DNA of 63,704 nucleotides from Bacteroidales bacterium (GTDB lineage Bacteria; Bacteroidota; Bacteroidia; Bacteroidales; P3). Location: contig JAGCLZ010000016.1 in the NCBI GenBank assembly GCA_017646685.1, positions 1 through 63,704 on the forward strand, given 5' to 3'. The translations under genes were made by a program, and so were the position numbers. Positions 9,777-19,719 of the stretch are shown here, piece after piece (the stretch's first letter is position 1; each line of letters starts with the position of its first letter). The notes beneath the pieces are model-generated. The model was given only the letters and a program-made list of their open reading frames with translations. It was not told where the DNA came from and did not search any database.

Positions 9777-12700
9777 TCAGTTCCCTAGCTTGTAGAAGTA
9801 ATCATTAACCTTTGATTTATAATAGTTTGTAAATGTTGGTGGGACAGTTCGAAACATCTCAAGTTCCTGCTGTTTCAGCTTATTATATTCTTCCAAATCG
9901 CCTTGCGACTGCTCAAAAATATCTTTTGCCTCCTTGCTTTCTCTTTTCTGTTCTCGCTCCCTTTGCATTTCCGCCTGCTCATGTTCAAGCAACCTAGTCA
10001 GTATTTGTTGCTGACGCATCATAGTTTGCTTAGTAATAGTCTTATTTACAAGCTCTGTTTCTGTCTGTTCCATCTGTTTCAGCAACTTGTCCACTTCTTT
10101 ACCCATGGTTCCACCACTGCCTTGTTTAAGTTCTTCGCCATATTTTTGCATCATCCTACGTATTTGCTCTTGTTGTGCAGCCATACGTGCAAATTCTTCG
10201 CTCATTTTACTACCCTGACCTATCTTACCTCTACCCTCTTGTTTACCCTGTTTATCAAGCTGTTGCTTCATAGATTCCATTTGTTTATTGAGGGCATCTT
10301 GCAGGTCTTTCATCGATTTTGCTGATGGTTTACCTTTGCCGGATTTACTTTGACCGGGATTGCTACAACTACCTGACTTCTTGCAGTTACCCGATTTCTT
10401 TTTCTGACTATTCTGCCTCATCTGCGACTGCATTTCATCTAAAGATTCTGCCAAAACCAATGCAAGATTATTCAACGACATCATGGAGTACTGCATTGAT
10501 GAAGCAGCCGATTGATTCTTTGAAGTACCATAGAATGTTTGATTCATCAGCAACAACCTATTCATTGATTTAGAAATATTTAGATTAATGCTTTCCAACT
10601 CCTTGTTTATTACCATAGCCACAGTCATTTGACGTTTAGCCATGGTTCGCAAAGAATCTTCAACTGTTTTGAAATCATCCTTTATTTTGTTCTGCAAAGC
10701 TATTATTTGCTGATATTTCGGATCCTGTATCTGTATTGAGTTGAGATCGGATATAAGTTGTTCTTGATCAAACGATAGAGTTACAAGATTCTTTAGCAGC
10801 TGACGTACTTGTTCTGCATCCTCTGCAAGATCACTTTGCTCCATATCCAATTGTGCTTCAGCCAACTGGTTAGACATCTTTTTCAACTCATCAGCAGCAG
10901 AATTCTGCTGCTCTGAAGCCTTTTTGTTATTCCTGTTATTCAGCTGCTTAGATGCCTCATTTTGCTTGTCTGATATAGATTTTTCGGTATCTCTATTACG
11001 CTTAAACTCTGCCGTTTCATCTATATCTTTAAGTTTCTTTTGTATATCATCTATATCCTTTTGTAGCTTACTAAACTCCTCATTAAGCTTGTTTTGTTTT
11101 GTGTTCAATGCCTCTACTTCTTTCCTTCCGGATTGCTCTGTTTCTTTTGCCAACTCTCTCTGTTTCTGTGCCAATTCTTCAGTTTTCTTTATTGTAGTCT
11201 CTATCTTCTTTTCTAGTTCCAAACGCTTCATCAACTCTATATTCTGATCCAACTGCTTCTCCAAAGCATCGTTTTTAAGTTTCATATCTTCCAAAGCCTC
11301 TTGTACCTTCTTCTTATCTACCTCTTCCATCAGCTTGTTCATTTCTTCCATCATTTGCTTCATTTCATCAGTAAGTAACTCGTTATAAAGACGATCCAAC
11401 TCCTTTTGCTTCTCAATTATCGATTCGCTTTGCTCCTTATACTGTTGTTCCAACATATTGTTTAGGCGCATTTGGTCTTGCATTTTCTGCAAAGTTTCTT
11501 TCACCTCACGTTGTTTCTTTGCAAGTTCTTCAAGCTGGTTTTTATCCTGCCATGTTAGTTCCTTCTTATCCACTAGTTTACGCATCATTTCATTAATATC
11601 CTTTTGCATATTTTTTATCTCTTGCAACGAGTTTTGCGAAAGTTCATTAACTTGTTCCGAACTAGCTTCAAACATTTGTTCAAGTTCTTCTTCTGTAGGC
11701 ACTTTTACCTCGAATATTTGTGACTTTGCCGATTTTGCACCATGTATTCCATCATTATCCCATACCTCAAAGTAGTATTCAACCTTATCACCTGGCATTA
11801 TATCTATATCCTCAAAGACAGTAGAATAGTAAAACTCTTGCGTTGGTTCGTCGGCTTTGAAAGGCAAGAGTTTTTCTACAAATACCTTATCAGTAGTGTC
11901 ATTGCTCGATGTTTTGATGATTTTAAACTGTAGTTTCGAAAAACCATAATCGTCCTTTATCCTTCCTTTGAAGAATATGCGATCTGCCTGAATCGAATCC
12001 CTCATTTCCATAGCCAATATCATTGGTACAGCATCGGGCAGTACCGAAATTGTATATTTTAGAGTATCAATATTAAACACATAGTTGTTGGATGAATAGA
12101 ATGCATAATTTGCAGGGCTTATAAATCGTTTGGAAATAGAAAGTCTTCCGTTGGCATCAGGCTTAAAAGTCTGTAGCACAGAATCTACGATAAAGTAAAA
12201 ATCATTCACATCACGTGTTTGGAAAATCCACTGAACTGTGGTACCCTCGGGAACAGTCAAATCACCTATGTTTATCAAATCTTCAGACACTTTGCCTGTA
12301 TAGGAAGGGAAGATGAGTTTTGTTGTAAAATCCACAATCACAGGTTTGGGCAATACCTTTAGCTCATAGCTTGGCGATACAACTTCCACAGCCTCAAAAT
12401 GGAAGCTTTCACTGCACTGAAGATTCTTAAACAAGTAGCTAAAAGTAGTCATATCCTCTTTAGTCATCTTATATTCAATGCCGTTGATAACCAAAAAGAT
12501 ATCGTTGGGAATATCATTTCCTTCTACTTTCAGTTTCAAAAGAAAGTCTTCCTGCTGAAATGCCACAAGAGAATCATTCATAACATGATATACAAAAGGA
12601 GCAGGTTTTTCATAGTAAGTATTATAGTTTACTAGTCTGTTTGAGGGTTCTTTTATCACCGCCGGCGATAAAATAAGCAGCAACAGCAATACAACCAACG

Positions 12701-13184
12701 GTACTACAGCATATTTGACATATCGTTTATTTTGCTTTAAATCAATAGCTTTGAGAAATGGGAGAGGGGAGAGGCTCTCGGTTTTTTGCTGAATGCTTGC
12801 TTCCAACAGATCGCTGTTTGCAGAAGTATCCGCCATATCTTTCAACTGCAAAAGGTTGAGCAACTTATCGCTGATTTCGGGAAAATGTTTCCCAATTATA
12901 GTAGCAGCTTGATGGTATGATATTCTTTTTCCGATTTTATACATTTTCAAGAGTGGAAGCACGATATATACTCCCAAAAACAATGCAGCAGCAGTCAAAT
13001 ATGACCAAAAGAGTACCATCCTGACCATTGTGCTGAAATAACCAAAATACTCCAATACATTGATCAAAATAAACATCAACAACAATAAGCCTACGGTATA
13101 TAGTAAGCCTTTAATGAGCTGATTTTTATAATATTTGCGTACAAATCTATCTAACTTTTCTATCAACTTATCGTTTGTAGCCAT
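9777..13184 (-). CDS. Large membrane-anchored coiled-coil protein (DUF4175-like)
   Basis: 1135 aa uninterrupted ORF. N-terminal TM helices, a beta-rich middle and a very long K/E/Q-rich coiled coil. The DUF4175 label is from memory. Confidence 0.75.
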   Translation of the reverse strand: MATNDKLIEKLDRFVRKYYKNQLIKGLLYTVGLLLLMFILINVLEYFGYFSTMVRMVLFWSYLTAAALFLGVYIVLPLLKMYKIGKRISYHQAATIIGKHFPEISDKLLNLLQLKDMADTSANSDLLEASIQQKTESLSPLPFLKAIDLKQNKRYVKYAVVPLVVLLLLLILSPAVIKEPSNRLVNYNTYYEKPAPFVYHVMNDSLVAFQQEDFLLKLKVEGNDIPNDIFLVINGIEYKMTKEDMTTFSYLFKNLQCSESFHFEAVEVVSPSYELKVLPKPVIVDFTTKLIFPSYTGKVSEDLINIGDLTVPEGTTVQWIFQTRDVNDFYFIVDSVLQTFKPDANGRLSISKRFISPANYAFYSSNNYVFNIDTLKYTISVLPDAVPMILAMEMRDSIQADRIFFKGRIKDDYGFSKLQFKIIKTSSNDTTDKVFVEKLLPFKADEPTQEFYYSTVFEDIDIMPGDKVEYYFEVWDNDGIHGAKSAKSQIFEVKVPTEEELEQMFEASSEQVNELSQNSLQEIKNMQKDINEMMRKLVDKKELTWQDKNQLEELAKKQREVKETLQKMQDQMRLNNMLEQQYKEQSESIIEKQKELDRLYNELLTDEMKQMMEEMNKLMEEVDKKKVQEALEDMKLKNDALEKQLDQNIELMKRLELEKKIETTIKKTEELAQKQRELAKETEQSGRKEVEALNTKQNKLNEEFSKLQKDIDDIQKKLKDIDETAEFKRNRDTEKSISDKQNEASKQLNNRNNKKASEQQNSAADELKKMSNQLAEAQLDMEQSDLAEDAEQVRQLLKNLVTLSFDQEQLISDLNSIQIQDPKYQQIIALQNKIKDDFKTVEDSLRTMAKRQMTVAMVINKELESINLNISKSMNRLLLMNQTFYGTSKNQSAASSMQYSMMSLNNLALVLAESLDEMQSQMRQNSQKKKSGNCKKSGSCSNPGQSKSGKGKPSAKSMKDLQDALNKQMESMKQQLDKQGKQEGRGKIGQGSKMSEEFARMAAQQEQIRRMMQKYGEELKQGSGGTMGKEVDKLLKQMEQTETELVNKTITKQTMMRQQQILTRLLEHEQAEMQREREQKRESKEAKDIFEQSQGDLEEYNKLKQQELEMFRTVPPTFTNYYKSKVNDYFYKLGN

Positions 13185-13234
13185 CTGTATCTTTTATTTG
13201 TTTCTACACATTCTTTTGCCTTTAAAGTAACCTA

Positions 13235-13242
13235 CAAAGTTA
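13235..13242 (-). promoter_or_regulatory. -7 box TAacTTTG upstream of the large coiled-coil gene
   Basis: caaagtta on plus, 51 nt upstream of the ATG at 13184. Confidence 0.5.
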
Positions 13243-13322
13243 CAACTTTATTTTGATATATCGGTTATTATTTTAGAAAATTATTTTTTATACCATATAG
13301 CAATCAATATCAAATAAATTAG

Positions 13323-13330
13323 TATCTTTG
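13323..13330 (+). promoter_or_regulatory. -7 box TAtcTTTG upstream of the SDR gene
   Basis: tatctttg lies 24 nt upstream of the ATG at 13354. Confidence 0.55.
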
Positions 13331-13353
13331 CAAAATCAAACGTATAACAAACA

Positions 13354-14154
13354 ATGAATAAAGTAGTACTTATAACCGGAGCTTCATCGGGATTTGGCCA
13401 TAGTACCGCCAAATACTTGATTTCCAAAGGATATACTGTATACGGTACTAGCCGAAAAGAGATGACCGATAGCAGTATAAAGATGATAAGAATGGACGTT
13501 TGCGACAAAGTAAGTGTCAATACAGCAGTGAATTATATACTGGAAAAAGAGGGTAGGATAGATGTACTGATAAACAATGCAGGTATGGGTATAGGTGGTT
13601 GCATAGAGTTGGCTACCGATGAAGAAATTGACATACAAATGGATACCAACTTCAGAGGTATGTCTAATGTATGCCAATGTGTGCTACCCGGTATGCGAAA
13701 GCAAAGAAGTGGTAAAATTATCAATATCAGTTCTATAGGTGGTGTTATGGGACTTCCTTATCAAGGATATTACTCGGCATCCAAATTTGCCATCGAAGGT
13801 TATAGTGAAGCCCTTGCTGCAGAGGTAAGAGGTATGGGCATAAAGGTGGTGGTGGTAGAACCCGGCGATTTTGCCACAAACTTCACCGAAAACCGCAAAA
13901 ACTCGTCTCTGACGCTCAATAATGATGATTATAATATCAGCTTTGACCGATCATTAAAAATCATCGAGAAGGAAGAAAAAGGAGGTCTTAAACCTATTGT
14001 TTTATCCAAAAAGATAGAGAAAATTATCCGCAAAAAGAACCCACGCTTCCGATATGTGGTAGCCAATATGGAGCAACGCCTATCGGTTTTGCTCAAAAAG
14101 ATAGTGCCTGCCAATATGTTTATAAGCATTTTGCGAAACTATTATAAAGTGTAG
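13354..14154 (+). CDS. SDR-family oxidoreductase
   Basis: TGASSGFG cofactor motif, NNAG, and the catalytic YSASK. Confidence 0.9.
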   Translation: MNKVVLITGASSGFGHSTAKYLISKGYTVYGTSRKEMTDSSIKMIRMDVCDKVSVNTAVNYILEKEGRIDVLINNAGMGIGGCIELATDEEIDIQMDTNFRGMSNVCQCVLPGMRKQRSGKIINISSIGGVMGLPYQGYYSASKFAIEGYSEALAAEVRGMGIKVVVVEPGDFATNFTENRKNSSLTLNNDDYNISFDRSLKIIEKEEKGGLKPIVLSKKIEKIIRKKNPRFRYVVANMEQRLSVLLKKIVPANMFISILRNYYKV

Positions 14155-14265
14155 GGTAGGAGAGAATCAATTTTTCCCAAAATCTACATAATATTTTTTA
14201 CAGCCTATTGGAAAATAATCTGATAGGCTGTAATGTTGAATTTTATCAAATACAGAAAATTTTGT

Positions 14266-14273
14266 ATCTTTGC
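14266..14273 (+). promoter_or_regulatory. -7 box TAtcTTTG upstream of the small membrane-protein pair
   Basis: tatctttgcaa lies 32 nt upstream of the ATG at 14305. Confidence 0.5.
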
Positions 14274-14304
14274 AACCGAATTGACCAAAGAAACGAAATA
14301 AAAT

Positions 14305-14544
14305 ATGAAAGTTAGAACATTGATTTATAATGCAGTCAGAAGCATTGTTGTAGGATCGTTATTCCAATTGGTTTACTATTATACCTATATGAAAGGTAAA
14401 GGTATCGAATGCAGTTTCGAGGATCATGTATTGGGAGCCTTGAAGTGGATTGGCGTGTTCTTTGTATTTGACATAGTTTGCGAACTAATCCATAGCCGAA
14501 AAGAGAAGAAAAAGAACGAAGAAAACAACGATAAAATAATATAA
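14305..14544 (+). CDS. Small two-TM protein with a Lys-rich tail (hypothetical)
   Basis: 79 aa ORF with its own promoter box. Followed 21 nt later by a similar ORF. Confidence 0.45.
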   Translation: MKVRTLIYNAVRSIVVGSLFQLVYYYTYMKGKGIECSFEDHVLGALKWIGVFFVFDIVCELIHSRKEKKKNEENNDKII

Positions 14545-14565
14545 TAACAACACAAATTACACGAT

Positions 14566-14793
14566 ATGAAAAATATAAAAGAGATTTCCATAAGATGGAT
14601 AACAAACACAGTAGGGTTCTTTATTGTACGGTACATAATAGAACTAATCCATCCTACAATAACTTCCGAACACAAGATAGAGTCGGTTGCTATAGAAGCA
14701 ATATTGTTTGGAATAATAATGGCTGCAATCGGACAATTTATGTCGTACCGAAAGAACAAAAAAAGCTGTAAAACAAGCAATAAAGACGAATAA
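14566..14793 (+). CDS. Small two-TM protein with a Lys-rich tail (hypothetical; possible paralog of the preceding ORF)
   Basis: 75 aa. Same architecture as the preceding ORF and a shared ELIH motif. Confidence 0.45.
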   Translation: MKNIKEISIRWITNTVGFFIVRYIIELIHPTITSEHKIESVAIEAILFGIIMAAIGQFMSYRKNKKSCKTSNKDE

Positions 14794-15109
14794 AAAACTA
14801 TTCCGAAAGCTAATAAAAAGCTGATAAAACGAAATTTACAGTATATATTTTGGACTATGTCCGGTACAGTGACAGTTCAATAGAAGTAAATTATTCGAAA
14901 AGTTAGCCGATTTTTCCACTTATGGTATAACATATTTTCATACACAGATATGTTTGTTTGGTGGAGGAGCAGTTGTTTCAGCTGTAGTCTTTTGGCTAAT
15001 TGATGAAGCATAACAGCCGAAAATACAGCAGATCAAATAGTTTGTTTTGATCGTTTGTAGGAACTTAACCGCTCGAGTGTTTTATATACAAACGTTCTAG
15101 CAACAAAAG

Positions 15110-15154
15110 CAAAACGCTCGATTATTGGAAACCCAAATAATCGAGCGTTTTTTT
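15110..15154. terminator. Bidirectional hairpin terminator
   Basis: aaacgctcgattatt / aataatcgagcgttt stem flanked by A-run and T-run. It lies between convergent genes. Confidence 0.65.
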
Positions 15155-15162
15155 ATAATCCA

Positions 15163-16287
15163 TCAGAGTGCTTTTCCAAACACAGCACGACGTATTACTT
15201 CCTCGCATTCGTAACTATTCGACCATATCTTCACTGCTTCATTACCAATTATTTGTGGATTGGTATATGCTGTTTTTATTCCATGTTTTATAGCTACCTC
15301 ATTCATATCACTGTAATAGATGGAATGTACACCACGTTTTTGCCATTCGGGACGTACACCATTGAGTAACAAATCAATAGTATCGTACTTATACAAGCAT
15401 TTCAGAATATGGAACCAACCAAATGGAAACAGATGACCGTTGGCTTTGCGAAAACCCTCGTTGAGGTCGGGGATGCTTATACCAAAGGCCACAACCTGGT
15501 CATTCTCATCAACCACAAGCGATACCAATTTTGGATCCAACACCGAAAAATAACTCTTGATATAAATATCTATCTCCTTGGAATTGAGCGGTACAAAACT
15601 GTATATACCACCAGAATTGAAAGCTTCATTGAGGGCTTCGAAAAAACTTCTAGCATACGGCATTATCTCCTTACAACTCTTAAACTTTAGCAATCGGAGA
15701 TTGTATTTTTCCATTATCAATGAGTTTATTCTTGCCACTTTTTCGGGTACCGGTTGCGAAGCAGGCATCTTGTTCTGAGCCCATTCACAAGTAACGCTAT
15801 ATCCCAATCGTTCAATAAATTCCACATAATAGGGCAGATTGTATAGAAGGGTCATATTTTGGCGTTCATGAAATCCCTTTGTTATCCAACATTCCTTATC
15901 CATATCGGTAAACGACATAGGACCATGAATTTCTGTCATTCCATGCTCACGTCCAAATTCCTCTACTTTTTCCAATAATTTGCTGCATACATTGATATCT
16001 TCCACAAAATCAAACCAACCAAAACGAACTTTTTTTTCGTTCCAATGCTCGTTGGCTTTGCGATTGATGATAGCAGCTACACGTCCTACTACTCTACCTC
16101 TAGAATAAGCCATCCATAGCTTGGAATCACAATATTCATGAGCAGGATTCTTTTTGGATAATGTGCTTAAATCATCACTTATCAGAGAGGGTACATAGTT
16201 TTTACACTTTCTAAACAATTTGTTTGGAAACTCTACAAATGTTCTAAACTCTGATTTTGTAATAACTTCTTTTATAACTATTTCCAT
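15163..16287 (-). CDS. Two-domain GNAT-fold acyltransferase-like protein
   Basis: 374 aa. I recognise the pattern as the family usually labelled 'GNAT family N-acetyltransferase' in Bacteroidota, from memory. It lies 45 nt downstream of the Spt-like gene. Confidence 0.55.
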   Translation of the reverse strand: MEIVIKEVITKSEFRTFVEFPNKLFRKCKNYVPSLISDDLSTLSKKNPAHEYCDSKLWMAYSRGRVVGRVAAIINRKANEHWNEKKVRFGWFDFVEDINVCSKLLEKVEEFGREHGMTEIHGPMSFTDMDKECWITKGFHERQNMTLLYNLPYYVEFIERLGYSVTCEWAQNKMPASQPVPEKVARINSLIMEKYNLRLLKFKSCKEIMPYARSFFEALNEAFNSGGIYSFVPLNSKEIDIYIKSYFSVLDPKLVSLVVDENDQVVAFGISIPDLNEGFRKANGHLFPFGWFHILKCLYKYDTIDLLLNGVRPEWQKRGVHSIYYSDMNEVAIKHGIKTAYTNPQIIGNEAVKIWSNSYECEEVIRRAVFGKAL

Positions 16288-16332
16288 ATGTTTAGTACTT
16301 CTATTTCAAATTTAAATGTGTACTTGAAGAGG

Positions 16333-17520
16333 TTATTTTAATATCTCCAATCTTTTGAAACACTTATATATCTTATCTATTGCATAATCAATTTGTTCTG
16401 TTGTATGTGTAGCCATTAGTGATATTCTTATCAAAGTATCATCGGGAGCTACAGCAGGACTTATCACAGGGTTTACAAATACTCCCTCATCGAGCAACAT
16501 TTTAGTAACGGTAAACGTCTTCTCGTTGTCACGCACAAAAAGAGGAATAATAGGTGTTTCGGTATTTCCTATCTCAAAGCCCAACTGTCTGAAACCATTA
16601 AGTGCATGATTTGTAACCTTCCAAAGGTTATCTTGCCTCCAAGGTTCCGACACCATTATATCAAAAGCTGCCATAGCTGCAGCTGTAGCCGCGGGTGATA
16701 TACTAGCACTGAATATGTATGAACGCGAGTTGTGCTTCATCCAATTAATAGTTTCTGCATCAGCAGCCACAAACCCACCTATTGATGCCAATGACTTGCT
16801 GAATGTTCCCATTATTATATCTACATTATCCACAACATCAAAATGATCGCATGTTCCACGTCCTTTACTACCCAATACTCCCAATCCATGAGCTTCATCT
16901 ACCATAACAGAAGCATTGTACTTATTGGCAATTTCCACCAATTCAGGTAGTTTTACAATATCTCCTTCCATACTGAATACCCCATCAACAACAATGAGTT
17001 TTGCAGATTCTATAGGACATTTTTGCAATACACGCTCCAAATTATTCATATCGTTATGTTTAAACTTCAAGGTGTTTGCAAATGAAAGTCTTTTGCCTTC
17101 TATTATCGAAGCATGATCTGTTTCATCAAAAATAATATAATCATTTCTTCCCGTTACACAAGGAATAACACCTACATTGGTCTGAAAACCTGTAGAATAA
17201 AGCATTACACCACCTTTATTAAAGAACTCTGCTAGCTTGTTTTCAAACTCTATATGCAAATCTAAAGTTCCGTTCAAGAATGGCGAACCTGCACATCCTG
17301 TACCATATTTGTCTATGGCAGCCTTGGCAGCTTCCTTTATCTTTGGATGATTGGTTAAACCTAAATAACTATTAGACCCAAGCATCAAAACTTTCCTTCC
17401 GTCTATAATAACTTCAGCATCTTGATCGCTAGATATAGCTCTAAAATAGGGATATATACCTGCTTGTTTAGCATCTTGTGGCGCTGTATAACGCGATAGT
17501 TTTTCTTGTAATGGCTTCAT
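16333..17520 (-). CDS. Alpha-oxoamine synthase (serine palmitoyltransferase-like; PLP-dependent)
   Basis: 395 aa. PLP-lysine motif GTFSKSLASIGGF and DEAHGLGV. Strong resemblance to Bacteroidota Spt / cysteate-acyltransferase type enzymes. Confidence 0.85.
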   Translation of the reverse strand: MKPLQEKLSRYTAPQDAKQAGIYPYFRAISSDQDAEVIIDGRKVLMLGSNSYLGLTNHPKIKEAAKAAIDKYGTGCAGSPFLNGTLDLHIEFENKLAEFFNKGGVMLYSTGFQTNVGVIPCVTGRNDYIIFDETDHASIIEGKRLSFANTLKFKHNDMNNLERVLQKCPIESAKLIVVDGVFSMEGDIVKLPELVEIANKYNASVMVDEAHGLGVLGSKGRGTCDHFDVVDNVDIIMGTFSKSLASIGGFVAADAETINWMKHNSRSYIFSASISPAATAAAMAAFDIMVSEPWRQDNLWKVTNHALNGFRQLGFEIGNTETPIIPLFVRDNEKTFTVTKMLLDEGVFVNPVISPAVAPDDTLIRISLMATHTTEQIDYAIDKIYKCFKRLEILK

Positions 17521-17677
17521 TTATATATAGTTTTTATCAATTATTGATTAGTTCTTATACTCTTCACATTATCTGTATAAACGTCAAATAATTAATTCCA
17601 AATACCTTCATTTCTTCACAACAATCTAATACATATTTATATGTAAAAGTATAAATTTTTCTTTATATATAAGCAAT

Positions 17678-18520
17678 TTATGCTGTTAATTGTTCATAAA
17701 GTGATTTTGTTAAACGACTTGCACCTATTCTAAAACGATTATTGTCAATATTATTACCTATAAAATATTCTGTTATTTTATAGTAGTTCAAAGCTTGTAG
17801 GGCAGTAGATATACCTCCTGCTGCCTTAAATCCTGCTATACGCCCTGTATTTTCTGCTTCTTCTTGTATAGCTTTCAGTATTATATAGGCTGCTTTTTCT
17901 GTTGCTCCCACTGCTATTTTTCCTGTAGAGGTTTTAATAAAATCAGCACCTGCTGCTAATGCAATCTTTGAGGCAATGTATATATTGTCAGTAGTTTGTA
18001 ATTCGCCTGTTTCTAGTATAACTTTCAGTTTTAAATTTTTACATACACTACGTATTGCCATCAATTCTTCAAAAACAACATCATATTTACCCTCTAATAA
18101 CATACCGCGCGACAATACTGTATCTATCTCATCAGCACCCTCATCTACTGCATATTTCACCTCTTGCAAACGTAGATTAAATGGCATCTGCGCCGACGGA
18201 AATCCACCTGCTACTGAAGTAACTCCAATACCTTTTCCACTCAAACACTCTTTTGCCAACTTTACAAAAGTAGGGTATACACATACTGATGCTACAGATT
18301 TTATTCCTTTTTCTATATTAGTAGCAAGATATGTATCAGTACAAAAATTCTTTATCTTTTCATAATTGTCAGAACCCTCAAGTGTGGTATTATCTATACA
18401 AGAATAGATATTTTTCAACTTTTGTATATAATCAGTATCATTTAGTGGAACTGACAATATTCGAGATAAATCTATATCTATCTCAGTGTCTGTAAGTGAA
18501 AAATGTGATTTAGCGTACAT
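17678..18520 (-). CDS. deoC: Deoxyribose-phosphate aldolase
   Basis: Schiff-base lysine motif FIKTSTGK and the class I aldolase pattern. Confidence 0.8.
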   Translation of the reverse strand: MYAKSHFSLTDTEIDIDLSRILSVPLNDTDYIQKLKNIYSCIDNTTLEGSDNYEKIKNFCTDTYLATNIEKGIKSVASVCVYPTFVKLAKECLSGKGIGVTSVAGGFPSAQMPFNLRLQEVKYAVDEGADEIDTVLSRGMLLEGKYDVVFEELMAIRSVCKNLKLKVILETGELQTTDNIYIASKIALAAGADFIKTSTGKIAVGATEKAAYIILKAIQEEAENTGRIAGFKAAGGISTALQALNYYKITEYFIGNNIDNNRFRIGASRLTKSLYEQLTA

Positions 18521-19667
18521 TATTTTGATTTTTTTTGATGTATTGTTTGTTGAATGGTATAGATTCCAATAGTGGCATCTTACGTTTTTTACAAAAACTT
18601 TTACCTAAGAATTTTTTCAATGCAGCACAACGAAACAATTTTGATTTATTCATCTTACTTCTGCTAACAATATTTTTTTTGTAAGTTGAATATCTTTTAT
18701 TGTCTATTGAGTCAACATATTTATTTTCACGAAAATATATTCTGTTTTCTATTATCAAATCCTTGATTGGAATAGATACAGTGCACACTTTCTCACAGTT
18801 TCCACACATAAGACAAGCGTATGATACATGTTTATAAGACTCTACTGTTTCAAAAAAAGGCAAAATGACATTGGCAATAGGCCCCGTAAAAACATTATTA
18901 TAAGGCTTATCACCCACAATATTGTATACAGGACATACCTTTTTACACTCTCCACAATGCAAGCAAGTAAGTGCAATACGTTGCTTTTGCATCGAAAGCA
19001 TAGTACTTCTACCGTTGTCCACAATAAACAGAAAATCATTATCACGAACCAACGGACGATAAAAAATAGTGCTGTTATAATCTTTTTTTGCAGTAGAAAA
19101 CATTAACATAGAATAAAGCTCAGCATCAGCCATAGATGAAATAAGCTGCTCTATACCAACTATAAAAACATTAATACTTCCGTTATTCAAACGCTCTGCC
19201 ACAGACATATCTTTGTCAAAAATAAGGATACTTCCCATATCACAAATCAATCTATCGGCTTTGATAAACTGCATATCAGCTATATCTGAATACTTCAGTT
19301 TTTCTTTCTTAAAAAAGTCTTCTAACCCAACTTCTTCGTATAAATAATCAGAATGATAGTTTATAGTTTTTACTTTTCTCTTTGAAATTATTGTGTGTAA
19401 TCCGTTTAAAACATCATCATAATCCACAGCCCAATAAATTTTGGCACCATTTTTTGAAGAAAATTTACACTCAAAATCCATTAGATTGTCATGTAAATTT
19501 TCCAATGATTTCTGTAAAACTGAAACTATATAATCTCTATCACCAGCAGAAAACAATCTAGAAAATAACTCGGACTTTGAAACAATATTCAATTTATTAT
19601 CAGTACTTTTTTTTGCAATAACTGATTTAGAATCTTGAATAAAACCAAAATACGCATCACTATTCAT
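18510..19667 (-). CDS. LUD-domain / 4Fe-4S dicluster protein (LutB-like)
   Basis: Two ferredoxin motifs, CLHCGECKKVCPV and CLMCGNCEKVCTV. Overlaps deoC by 11 nt. Confidence 0.65.
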   Translation of the reverse strand: MNSDAYFGFIQDSKSVIAKKSTDNKLNIVSKSELFSRLFSAGDRDYIVSVLQKSLENLHDNLMDFECKFSSKNGAKIYWAVDYDDVLNGLHTIISKRKVKTINYHSDYLYEEVGLEDFFKKEKLKYSDIADMQFIKADRLICDMGSILIFDKDMSVAERLNNGSINVFIVGIEQLISSMADAELYSMLMFSTAKKDYNSTIFYRPLVRDNDFLFIVDNGRSTMLSMQKQRIALTCLHCGECKKVCPVYNIVGDKPYNNVFTGPIANVILPFFETVESYKHVSYACLMCGNCEKVCTVSIPIKDLIIENRIYFRENKYVDSIDNKRYSTYKKNIVSRSKMNKSKLFRCAALKKFLGKSFCKKRKMPLLESIPFNKQYIKKNQNNVR

Positions 19668-19719
19668 ATTTTAATATCTTTGATCTAACGCCTTTTTTCT
19701 ACCCCAAACCTCTACAAAT

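Noticed and set aside
9903-11933. Multiple plus-strand ORFs (9903..10325, 10924..11247, 11458..11775 and others).
   Set aside because: They are antisense to the uninterrupted 1135-aa coiled-coil gene. Their Leu/Ser/Phe-rich products are typical of the reverse frames of K/E/Q-rich genes.
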